From contig JAHCAY010000002.1 in NCBI GenBank assembly GCA_019634575.1, forward strand, positions 294,897 through 358,896: 64,000 nt of DNA. The letters run 5' to 3'. This document shows positions 47,509 to 56,082 of this stretch, piece by piece. Within the stretch, counting starts at the first letter, position 1. Each line of letters begins with the position of its first letter. The notes beneath the pieces were generated by a model. The model was given only the letters and a program-made list of their open reading frames with translations, was not told the DNA's origin and ran no database searches. Origin of the DNA: Candidatus Didemnitutus sp. Its GTDB lineage: Bacteria; Verrucomicrobiota; Verrucomicrobiia; Opitutales; Opitutaceae. The translations under genes and the position numbers were made by a program.

Positions 47509-49028
47509 CGCCCACCCATCGCCTCCTCGCCCGCCAGCTGCGCAAGCATTTCGGCGACACTCCGCCGGACGACCCGCGGATGGAGGCGTTCCTGCGCGCC
47601 ATCGAAAGCACCTACGAACAATCCGACGCCGACCGCCATCTGCTCGACCACGCGATGAAGCTCAGTTCCGACGAACTCGGCGCCGCGCTCGAATCCCTCC
47701 GCCAGCAAAACGCCTGCGAGCACGACATCATCGTCAAGCTGCGCGCCGCCATCCACGCCCTCGGCGACCAGGATCTCCCGCGCGACACCGCCACCGACGA
47801 CCCGCTCGAACTCGCCGCGGTGATGCAGCAGCTCGTCGCCGAGCGCAACGCCAACAAGGCCGCGCTCGAAGCCGCCAAGGAAGCCGCCGAATCCTCCAGC
47901 CGCGCCAAGAGCGAGTTCCTCGCCGTGATGAGCCACGAGATACGCACGCCCCTCAACGCCGTCATCGGCTTCGCCTCCCTCATGGCCGACGCGCCCGACG
48001 CCGACCACCGCGAACCCATCGACATCATCCGCCGCAGTGGCGAGCACCTGCTCGCGCTCATCAACGACATCCTCGACTTCTCCAAGATCGAAGCCGGCCA
48101 TCTCGAACTCGCGTCCGCGCCGTTCGATCTCCCGCAGCTCTGCCGCGATGCGCTCGACTTCGTGCGCCCGCCGGCCGCGGCCAAGCACCTCACGCTCGTC
48201 TCCGATGGCATCGAGCTGCTGCCCGCCCGCATCGTCAGCGACGCCGGGCGGCTCCGCCAGATCCTCACCAACCTCCTCAGCAACGCCGTCAAATTCACCC
48301 CCGCCGGCCGCGTCACGCTCCGCGTCGCCGCCACGCCGCGGGACGCCGGCTGGCTGCTCCGTTGCGAGGTCATCGACACCGGCATCGGCATCGGCGCCGA
48401 GCATTTGCCGCGCTTGTTCCGCGCCTTTTCCCAAGTCGACTCCTCCAACGTCCGCCAACACGGCGGCACCGGCCTCGGCCTCGCCATCAGTCGCCGCCTC
48501 GCCGAGCTCATGGGCGGCTCCCTCGAGGTGGAGAGCACGCTCGGCGCCGGTTCGCGCTTCACGCTCGCCCTGCCCGTCGGACGCGTGACGGAAACGGCGC
48601 CCGCCGTGCCCATCCCCGCCACAACCGCCGCCGCCGGCGTGCTGCGCATCCTCGTCGTCGAGGACAACGAGAACAACCGCCGGCTCATGCGCCTCGGCCT
48701 CGAAGCCTCCGGCTACGCGCCGCATTTCGCCGTCGACGGCCGCGCCGCCCTCGTCGCCCTGGCCCGGCCCGACGACTTCGATGTCGTTTTCATGGACCTG
48801 CAAATGCCCGACGTCGACGGCTTCGGCGTCGTGGCCGAGTTGCGCAAGACCGTCCCGCTGTCTCGGCCGCCGTATCTGATCGCGCTCACCGCCAGCGTGC
48901 GCCCCGAAGACCGCGACCGCGTGCTCGCCGCCGGCATGCACGAATTCATCGCCAAGCCCGCGCCCATCGCCGAAATCCGCGCCGCCCTCGTCCGCGCCCG
49001 CGACTGGCTCGCCGCGCGCGCTCGGTAG
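47505..49028 (+). CDS. Cytoplasmic hybrid histidine kinase/response regulator
   Basis: ATGA overlap with the FIST gene; HRLLARQLRK N-terminus; MSHEIRTPLN; [10 protein letters not shown]; GGTGLGL; FMDLQMPDVDG; AKP. Confidence 0.93.
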   Translation: MTPTHRLLARQLRKHFGDTPPDDPRMEAFLRAIESTYEQSDADRHLLDHAMKLSSDELGAALESLRQQNACEHDIIVKLRAAIHALGDQDLPRDTATDDPLELAAVMQQLVAERNANKAALEAAKEAAESSSRAKSEFLAVMSHEIRTPLNAVIGFASLMADAPDADHREPIDIIRRSGEHLLALINDILDFSKIEAGHLELASAPFDLPQLCRDALDFVRPPAAAKHLTLVSDGIELLPARIVSDAGRLRQILTNLLSNAVKFTPAGRVTLRVAATPRDAGWLLRCEVIDTGIGIGAEHLPRLFRAFSQVDSSNVRQHGGTGLGLAISRRLAELMGGSLEVESTLGAGSRFTLALPVGRVTETAPAVPIPATTAAAGVLRILVVEDNENNRRLMRLGLEASGYAPHFAVDGRAALVALARPDDFDVVFMDLQMPDVDGFGVVAELRKTVPLSRPPYLIALTASVRPEDRDRVLAAGMHEFIAKPAPIAEIRAALVRARDWLAARAR

Positions 49029-49217
49029 CCCGCGACCTCCGGGCGCGGGTCGATCGCGGACGGGCCGATCGTCCGCCCGCCTCCCGTCAACCGACCGCTT
49101 GACGGCCCCCCGCCCGCCCCAGCAAGTTCCAAGGGCCAACTCCCAAGCAACAAGCGCCGAGATTTCGGCTTCCATCTTGTTACTTGAGGCCTGTCACCTC
49201 CCACTTTCTCCCCGCAG

Positions 49218-51392
49218 ATGTCCAAGAAGAAACCGTCCAAGAAACCGACCGATCAGCCCGAACTCCCGCTGGACGCCGCCGCGCCCGCGCCGGAACCCAA
49301 AGCCGAGCCACCCGCTTCCGCCGAAACGCCTGCGACTGCCGACACCGCATCCGCCCAGCCCTCAGCTCTCAGCTCTCCGCCCTCCGCTCCCGCCGACGCC
49401 CCCCGTCGCGCCAAGGGCGAAAAGGTCCAGGACGAATCCGCGCCGCTCGCGAAAGCCTACCGCAACTGGTTTCTCGATTACGCCAGCTACGTCATCCTCG
49501 ACCGCGCCGTTCCGCATATCGACGACGGCTTGAAGCCCGTCCAGCGCCGCGTGCTCCACACGCTCTGGGACATGGACGACGGCCGCTTCCACAAGGTCGC
49601 CAACGTCGTCGGCGCCACGATGAAGCTCCACCCGCACGGTGACGCCTCCATCGGCGCCGCGCTCGTCGGTATCGCGCAGCGCGGCTGGTTGATCGAGCCG
49701 CAGGGCAACTTCGGCAACACGATGACCGGCGACGAAGCCGCCGCCCCGCGTTACATCGAGGCGCGCCTCACGCCGTTCGCGCGCGAAGTGCTCTTCAACC
49801 CGAAGACCACCACCTGGCAGCTCAGCTACGACGGCCGCGCCAAGGAGCCCGTCACGCTCCCGGCGAAGTTCCCCATCGCGCTCCTCGAGGGCGCCGACGG
49901 CATCGCGGTCGGTCTCGCGACGAAGATACTCCCGCACAATTTCAACGACCTCTGCCGCGCCGCGATCAATCACCTCCAGGGAAAAACGTTCCGCATCCTC
50001 CCCGATTTTCCGACCGGCGGCACCGCCGACTTCACCGAATACAACGACGGCGAGCGCGGCGGCAAAGTGAAGGTCCGCGCCAAGATCGAAGCGCGCTCGA
50101 AATATCTCCTCGCGGTCACCGAGCTGCCCTTCGGCGTCACGACCGAGTCGCTCATCGAGTCGATCCTCTCGGCCAACGCCAAGGGCAAGATCAAGATCAA
50201 GCACGTCGACGACAACACCGCCGACTCCGTCGAAATCCTCATTCACCTCCCGCAAGGCTCCGAGCCCGAGAAGGTCATTCAGCAGCTCTACGTGTTCACC
50301 AGCTGCCAGGTGCAGCTCAATCCCGCCGCCTGCGTCATCGTCCGCGGCGAGAACGGCGAGGATAAACCCCAGTTCCTCGGCGTCCGCGAAATCCTCAAGC
50401 GCTCCGCCGAAGCCACCAAGGAGCTCCTGAAGCGCGAGCTCGAGATCAAGCTCGGCGAGCTCGAACAGCAATGGCACTGGGATTCCCTCGAACGCATCTT
50501 CATCGAGAACCGCATCTACCACCGCATCGAGAAATCGAAGACCTGGGAAAGCGTGCTCGAGGAAATCCGCACCGGCTTGAAGCCCTTCGTGAAGACGCTC
50601 CGCCGCGAAGTCACCGACGAGGACATCACGCGCCTGACCGAGATCCGCATCAAGCGCATCTCCGCCTACAACCGCTTCCAGGCCGACGAAGCCATCAAGA
50701 AGATCGAGGACGGCATCAAGGAGACCAAGGCCAACCTCAAGAACCTCACCGGCTACTCCGTCGCGTGGTTCGAGATGCTGCAGGAAAAATACGGCAAGGG
50801 CATCAAGCGCCGCACCAGCTACGACGAGATCGAGCAAATCGACGCCTCCGCCGTCGTCTCCGCCAACCAGCGCCTCTACGTCAACCGCGACGACGGCTTC
50901 ATCGGCCTCAACTGGCGCCAGCACGAATTCGTCACCGAGTGCACGATCCTCGACAGCGTGCTCACGATCATGGGCGATGCGTCGCTCAAGGTCACCAAGG
51001 TCGCCGACAAGGTTTTCATGGGCCGCGACATCCGGCACATCTCGATCTGGCCGAAGGACGGCGACCAGAAGTTCTACACCATGGTCTACCGCGACGGCCC
51101 CGATGGGAAAACGTTCGCGAAGAAATTCCAGATCGGCGGCCTCAGCCGCGACAAGCTCTACCCGCTCGCCAAGAGCGAAGGCTCGAAACTCGTCTGGCTC
51201 CACGTCGCCGACAAGGAGAAGGACATGCCGAAGCAGATCCACGTGAGCCTCGACGGCCGCAGTGGCGCGCGCGTGCGCGAGCTCGACTTCGACCTGACCG
51301 CGATCCCTGTCTCCACCCGCACTTCCAAGGGCCTGACGATCACCAAGTGGGCCGTGAAAGAAGTGAAGCCGAACGATCTGGAGCTGAAGTAG
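49218..51392 (+). CDS. parC: DNA topoisomerase IV subunit A (GyrA/ParC family)
   Basis: FLDYASYVI.DRA.P...DGLKPVQRR, HPHGD, APRYIEARL (catalytic Tyr), PDFPTGG. Confidence 0.92.
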   Translation: MSKKKPSKKPTDQPELPLDAAAPAPEPKAEPPASAETPATADTASAQPSALSSPPSAPADAPRRAKGEKVQDESAPLAKAYRNWFLDYASYVILDRAVPHIDDGLKPVQRRVLHTLWDMDDGRFHKVANVVGATMKLHPHGDASIGAALVGIAQRGWLIEPQGNFGNTMTGDEAAAPRYIEARLTPFAREVLFNPKTTTWQLSYDGRAKEPVTLPAKFPIALLEGADGIAVGLATKILPHNFNDLCRAAINHLQGKTFRILPDFPTGGTADFTEYNDGERGGKVKVRAKIEARSKYLLAVTELPFGVTTESLIESILSANAKGKIKIKHVDDNTADSVEILIHLPQGSEPEKVIQQLYVFTSCQVQLNPAACVIVRGENGEDKPQFLGVREILKRSAEATKELLKRELEIKLGELEQQWHWDSLERIFIENRIYHRIEKSKTWESVLEEIRTGLKPFVKTLRREVTDEDITRLTEIRIKRISAYNRFQADEAIKKIEDGIKETKANLKNLTGYSVAWFEMLQEKYGKGIKRRTSYDEIEQIDASAVVSANQRLYVNRDDGFIGLNWRQHEFVTECTILDSVLTIMGDASLKVTKVADKVFMGRDIRHISIWPKDGDQKFYTMVYRDGPDGKTFAKKFQIGGLSRDKLYPLAKSEGSKLVWLHVADKEKDMPKQIHVSLDGRSGARVRELDFDLTAIPVSTRTSKGLTITKWAVKEVKPNDLELK

Positions 51393-51409
51393 ATCGAACG
51401 GAGAGCAAC

Positions 51410-52144
51410 GTGAACGCAGAAGAATTCTTCCGCCTCATAGTTGCGCTCGGAGCAGAGTGTGTGGCTCCAGTTTGGGCAAGTCGTGCTGGCGGTGAACCGC
51501 CCAACTTCGTCGATCACAACGGGACGATTACCTTTGTCGATACCGGCAAGCGACTCATCGGCGTCACTGCCCGCCACGTGCTGGAGCGGTATCGGGCAAT
51601 TGCGGAGTTCCCGACCGCTGCATTGGCCATCAACCTCGGCCGAGGTGTGACGCCCGGTTTCATCGCCCTGGATGTGATTGATGAAAGTGCAGAAATGGAC
51701 ATCGCAACCATTGCGCTGCCTGACGTTCGCGAATTCAGAGGAAGCACGAAAAAATACTTTCCGGTCAGCCATTGGCCGATCCCGAAGCCGTCGCGGGGCG
51801 AACCGGTAACGATTGTCGGCTTCCCGGGAGTTGACAGAAAAGCCACCGAAGAGCGGGGCACTTTCACGTTACAGGGCATTGGCATGACGGTTTCCAACTC
51901 GCCGGGAAGGAACGTCGCTCTCGTCGACGAACAAGGCACGCTTCAAGTCACGCGCGACGGGAAAACGCGAGCCCAAGGGCTCGAGCCTGGGGGCCTGAGC
52001 GGTGCACCAGGCTTCTTTTTCCGCGATGGAAGATTCCACCTAGCCGGATTCGTTTATGAGGGAACGGATCGCATTCTTTTCTTGGCCCCCGGTGCGCTGC
52101 TTCAGCCCGATGGTCGACTCAGACTCGATACGTTTAGCGGTTAG
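51410..52144 (+). CDS. Trypsin-like (clan PA) serine protease
   Basis: VTARHV (His), MDIA (Asp), GGLSGAP (Ser), TIVGFP; GTG start; atypical A/T-ending codons. Confidence 0.75.
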   Translation: MNAEEFFRLIVALGAECVAPVWASRAGGEPPNFVDHNGTITFVDTGKRLIGVTARHVLERYRAIAEFPTAALAINLGRGVTPGFIALDVIDESAEMDIATIALPDVREFRGSTKKYFPVSHWPIPKPSRGEPVTIVGFPGVDRKATEERGTFTLQGIGMTVSNSPGRNVALVDEQGTLQVTRDGKTRAQGLEPGGLSGAPGFFFRDGRFHLAGFVYEGTDRILFLAPGALLQPDGRLRLDTFSG

Positions 52145-52718
52145 GTTTTTTAAGGCCTACGTGAAATCCCATCTCCTTCGCCGGCACCGGCGGTGGGTTC
52201 AGCAACGGACGCATTTTCTCGTAGACGTCGCGCAGGATGACGTCGTGCGTGACGAGCTTCTTGTCGATCTCGGCCAGCCGTTTGAAAACCGTCGCGTGTG
52301 CCAGCAACTCCTCCCGCATCTGCACGAATGCACGCACGACAAACAAACTCATCTGCACTGCGCGCGGACTGTTGAGCACCGTTGCCGCCATCAACGCGCC
52401 GTGCTCCGTGAAAGCCCACGGCAAATACGCGGCGCCGCGATGTCTTCGCTTCGATGAACTCATCGCAATTTGCGATGAGTCCGACGCATCCAATGATCCA
52501 TCAACATCTTCGGGATTCGATATCGCAATCTGCGATCTCAAACGCGCGTATTCTTCCCGCGTGAGCTGAAAACGAAAATCGGCCGGGAAGCGTTCGACGT
52601 TGCGCTTGACGGCTTCGTTGAACCGGAACGTCGGCACGCCATACAAGCCTGCGAGGTCGCTATCGATCATCACGCGCTGTTTGCGGATGCTGTGGATTGG
52701 CGGGAGCTGTTCTTTCAT
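52134..52718 (-). CDS. ORF6N domain DNA-binding protein
   Basis: IRKQRVMIDSDLAGLYGV...FNEAVKRNVERFPADFRFQLT.EE; PWAFTEHGALMAATVLNS.RA; MGFH tail. Confidence 0.92.
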   Translation of the reverse strand: MKEQLPPIHSIRKQRVMIDSDLAGLYGVPTFRFNEAVKRNVERFPADFRFQLTREEYARLRSQIAISNPEDVDGSLDASDSSQIAMSSSKRRHRGAAYLPWAFTEHGALMAATVLNSPRAVQMSLFVVRAFVQMREELLAHATVFKRLAEIDKKLVTHDVILRDVYEKMRPLLNPPPVPAKEMGFHVGLKKPNR

Positions 52719-52848
52719 GGGCCGATAAGTCCTCGCTGCTAGCGGCAGCAACGTGGCCCGGAGCGATGCAGCCACTTGCTCACGCCCCTCACGAGTCTAA
52801 ATTCTCCCCGCTTGCCTAGCCGCACGGCGTTCGCGCGGCGGCTGGTTT

Positions 52849-53037
52849 TCAACCGACCCGCCGTTTGCGCCGATAGAGTTTCTGTCCGCCGGCCCTTTCA
52901 GGAAACTTCTCAGGTATTCCATCCCGATCCATGCCGCTGCGACCACGCCTCAGTAGTCCACGCCCTTCGCGGAGCTTACGCGGTGACGGATGCCGGTCGC
53001 CAAGGCTCGGCCACCGAATTGGTCAACTGGCTTGAAC
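52849..53037 (+). other. Duplicated non-coding element, copy A (sigma28-like promoter plus ~160 nt conserved downstream)
   Basis: TCAA-N16-GCCGATAG; aligns to 56083..56270 (13 substitutions and 1 indel over the 95-nt core by manual alignment). Confidence 0.75.
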
Positions 53038-53129
53038 GAACTGGCGGACACTTTTCTTTATTTCCCGTTCGCGACCGCAGTGCCGCTGGACATCGCCGAT
53101 CGGTCGCCCGCCACTCGGACCGGCACTGC

Positions 53130-53735
53130 TCACCCGCGCCCGTATCTCCGCTCCTCCCCTAGCTTCGGATGCTCGGGCGGTTGCAGCCAGCCGCGTGCGG
53201 CGCGCACGAGCCACGGCATCAGCAACCACGTCAGCAACGCCACGACGCCCGCCGCGACCGCGCCGGCGAACAGCACCGCCGGCAACGTCGCGCCGAGCAG
53301 CGGTTGCAGGACCGCGCGCACCGCGACCGTCGCGGGCCACACCGCCGCCCACGTCAGCAGCGCCATCTTCCAGCGCGCCGGCGCGTTCTGCGGCGATCGG
53401 AACCACGCCTCCATCCCGTGCAATTGCCGCGACGTCCAATCGTCCTCCGCGAACGGCGCCACGGTCCGGTTCCACTCCTGAAACAACGGCGAGGCGTAGA
53501 ACGCATCGCGATCGCGCGCGCTCGCGAACGTCCGCAGGATGCCGAACTCCGTCGAGCCAGAGCCCGGCGGCGGCACGATCATGCTGGCGCCGAGCACGCC
53601 GTCGTGCGCGAAGGAGCTTTGGAAAAACTTCCTCAACGCCTCCTGATACTGCGCCTCGCACCCGGGCCGCACCCGGCGCGTGATCACCACATGGATCGGT
53701 CCGCCATCGTCGCTCGCTGTCACTTCAGTGTTCAT
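53130..53735 (-). CDS. Antibiotic biosynthesis monooxygenase (ABM)-like protein with C-terminal TM hairpin
   Basis: VVITRRVRPGCEAQY; HGMEAWF...PARWKMAL.TW; WLLMPWL.R..RGWL. Confidence 0.85.
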   Translation of the reverse strand: MNTEVTASDDGGPIHVVITRRVRPGCEAQYQEALRKFFQSSFAHDGVLGASMIVPPPGSGSTEFGILRTFASARDRDAFYASPLFQEWNRTVAPFAEDDWTSRQLHGMEAWFRSPQNAPARWKMALLTWAAVWPATVAVRAVLQPLLGATLPAVLFAGAVAAGVVALLTWLLMPWLVRAARGWLQPPEHPKLGEERRYGRG

Positions 53736-53907
53736 GGTTCATGCTTCCCCGAGGAAGAACGTCACCCTAATCCCGCGCTCCGCCCGAAGGAAAGAGCGCA
53801 ACCGCCGCCCGCCACTTCGCTGTGCGCGGCACGGTGCCGAAAGTTTCACCCGCCGGGAGTAATCTCGCGGCTTGATTCGCCCTCGCACGCTGTCTTCGTG
53901 CCGCCCC

Positions 53908-53949
53908 ACGGGCCACTGCACCTCTCGGTGCGGCGGCCCGTTTTTCTTT
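53908..53949 (+). terminator. Intrinsic terminator in the leader of the aspartic protease pair
   Basis: 15-bp stem with 1 mismatch, 4-nt loop, then TTTTCTTT; ends about 20 nt before ATG 53969. Confidence 0.7.
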
Positions 53950-53968
53950 GTCCGCAAACCCACGCCCC

Positions 53969-55042
53969 ATGTCCACGCCTCCCCTCCCGCCTCCGTTCCA
54001 GATTCCCGCTAATCTGATTTCCGCGCCCGCCTCGATCGTCATTCCGCTCCACGCCATCCCGCTCGGCGGCCCCGCCACCGCGCCGCAAAACTACAAGCTC
54101 GGCCTGCTGGTCCAAGCCACCGACGACCAAGGCCACGCGTCCGCAGCGCAGCTCTTCGAATTCGATACCGGCGGTCAGGGCTTCTGGATGCACCCCACCG
54201 GCTCGTTGCCCAAGCCCGCCATCGCCGACTGCACGCTGCAGATTTCCTACACCAGCGGCATTTCCTACCTCGCCCAGCCCGTCACGCTGCGCCTGACGTT
54301 TCCCGAGGCGACCGCCACGCTTGGCACCACGGTCACCGTCGGCGTGATCGGCAAGATCGAAAACGCGCAGTTCCCGATTTTCGGCGCGTTCTACGGCGAT
54401 TTCGGCGCGGCCCTGCAAGCCTTCACCGGCGACGCCGCGACCCCCGGCAGCCTGCTCACCGCGCTCGCGCAGCTCCCCTCGCCCTACAACAACGGCTTCA
54501 TCGTCGACGTTGGCGGCTATCCGCCCGGCTCGCGCTCCGCCGGCTCCGGCGCGCAGCCGCGCGTGATCGTCGGTCTCACCGACGCGTTGCGCGCCTGTTT
54601 CCCGCAAGCCGTGCCGATGAACGCCGCCGCGCCCTACGCGGGCCAGAGCGGTCCGGTGAACACCTTCGCCGAGACGCTCATTCAAGCGATCCTCACCGTG
54701 AACGGCGCCTCGACGCCGCCCATCGGCGTCGTGTTCGACACCGGCGCGCCACAAGCCCGCGTGCACACCGGCAACGTCGTCGGTGACCAGTTCAAGCCCA
54801 ACACCGGCGACACCGTCACGCTCGTCCCGGTGCCGCCCGCCGGCGCCGCACCCGTGCCGCCGTTTGCGGTGCTGGATTTCGTCGTCGGCAATCCGCCCAA
54901 CGGTGCCGGCTCCGCCAGCCAGGGCGCCCTCAACATCCCGGCCGGCTACATCAACACCGGCCTGAATCCCTTCTACTCGTTCCCCCTCATGTTCGATCTG
55001 CAGAACGGCCTCGTTCGCTTCCCCGCCCTCTCCAACTCCTGA
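53969..55042 (+). CDS. Pepsin-like bilobed aspartic protease 1
   Basis: FEFDTGG and VVFDTGA catalytic motifs, flap ISYTSG, C-terminal INTGLNPF...FDLQNGLVRF; no signal peptide. Confidence 0.8.
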   Translation: MSTPPLPPPFQIPANLISAPASIVIPLHAIPLGGPATAPQNYKLGLLVQATDDQGHASAAQLFEFDTGGQGFWMHPTGSLPKPAIADCTLQISYTSGISYLAQPVTLRLTFPEATATLGTTVTVGVIGKIENAQFPIFGAFYGDFGAALQAFTGDAATPGSLLTALAQLPSPYNNGFIVDVGGYPPGSRSAGSGAQPRVIVGLTDALRACFPQAVPMNAAAPYAGQSGPVNTFAETLIQAILTVNGASTPPIGVVFDTGAPQARVHTGNVVGDQFKPNTGDTVTLVPVPPAGAAPVPPFAVLDFVVGNPPNGAGSASQGALNIPAGYINTGLNPFYSFPLMFDLQNGLVRFPALSNS

Positions 55043-55054
55043 CTCTTCTCCGCC

Positions 55055-56050
55055 ATGCCTGCCTCGTCTCCCGTCATTCGCGTTCCGCTCACCCATCCGC
55101 CCTTCCACGGTCAGGCCACGGGCAACAGCTACAACGTCACGCTCCAAGTCTCGCCCTCCGCGCCGACGCCGAGTCCGATTCATCCCTGCCAGGTCGACAC
55201 CGGCTCGTGCGGCATCGTCATCCCCGCGTCGCTGCTCTACGCCAACGGCTCCGTCGGCGGCACGCTTCTCCCCGGCGTCACGCGCGGCGTGGCCGCGCCG
55301 CCGATCCGCTACCAACCCTCGAACAAGGAATTCCAAGGCTGGTATTACACCGTCGCCGAACTCGCCATCGGCGCCTCGCTCGATCACCCGCCGGCCTTCA
55401 TCGCGCAAAACATCACCGTCGTGGGCATCGACGACCCCGACCCCGGCGTCGGCATGATGGGCGTCGGCTTCGGCCGCCCCACGCAATACGGCTCCAACGT
55501 CTTCCTCAGCGCGCCGGGCATCAACCCGTCCTTCCTGCTCACGACCGATGGCATCTGGCTCGGCTACACCGCGGCGACGCTGCCCAACGCCGCGGCCTTC
55601 GGCTTCCAACAGCTCACGCCCACGCTCACCGGCGACTGGAATACTCCGGCCGCGACCATCACCGTCACGACGCCCGACGCCGCGCTGCCCGCCTTCCCCG
55701 GCAACGCCCTGCTCGATACCGGCGTCACGCTGATGATGCTCGGCGTCACGCAACCGCTCACGCCCGCACTGCTCACCGGCAGCACGATCGAGATCGCCTG
55801 GCCCAATACCGACAACACCGCGACGATCCTCAGCTACAGCTTCCAGGTGACCGGCCCCGCCACCGACGCCACGATGCCCGGCCAATATCTCGTCAGCGGC
55901 GACTCCGTCATGAATCCGAAGTGCCTCATCGCGCTCGGTGCCAAGTCTCCCGCCTTCGTGAACACCGGCATCAACGTCATTCGCGGCGCGGATATCTTCT
56001 TCGACTCCGCCGCCGGCTGCATCGGCTTCCGCCCCACCGGTGCGACCTGA
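55055..56050 (+). CDS. Pepsin-like bilobed aspartic protease 2
   Basis: QVDTGS and LLDTGV, flap IRYQPS, GMMGVGF psi-loop, VNTGINVI...FFDSAAGCIGF; no signal peptide. Confidence 0.8.
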   Translation: MPASSPVIRVPLTHPPFHGQATGNSYNVTLQVSPSAPTPSPIHPCQVDTGSCGIVIPASLLYANGSVGGTLLPGVTRGVAAPPIRYQPSNKEFQGWYYTVAELAIGASLDHPPAFIAQNITVVGIDDPDPGVGMMGVGFGRPTQYGSNVFLSAPGINPSFLLTTDGIWLGYTAATLPNAAAFGFQQLTPTLTGDWNTPAATITVTTPDAALPAFPGNALLDTGVTLMMLGVTQPLTPALLTGSTIEIAWPNTDNTATILSYSFQVTGPATDATMPGQYLVSGDSVMNPKCLIALGAKSPAFVNTGINVIRGADIFFDSAAGCIGFRPTGAT

Positions 56051-56082
56051 GCGACTCACCGCGCACCCGCGCGCTTTTCTCG

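Noticed and set aside
35309-49217. Prophage or integrative element between parE and parC
   Set aside because: No integrase, transposase, phage structural gene or att-like direct repeat was recognised.
52931-53037. Fit of the duplicated element to a tRNA (minus-strand GGTGGCCGAG) or an HDV-like ribozyme
   Set aside because: No T-loop or anticodon arm; no P1 partner or P1.1 geometry could be built.
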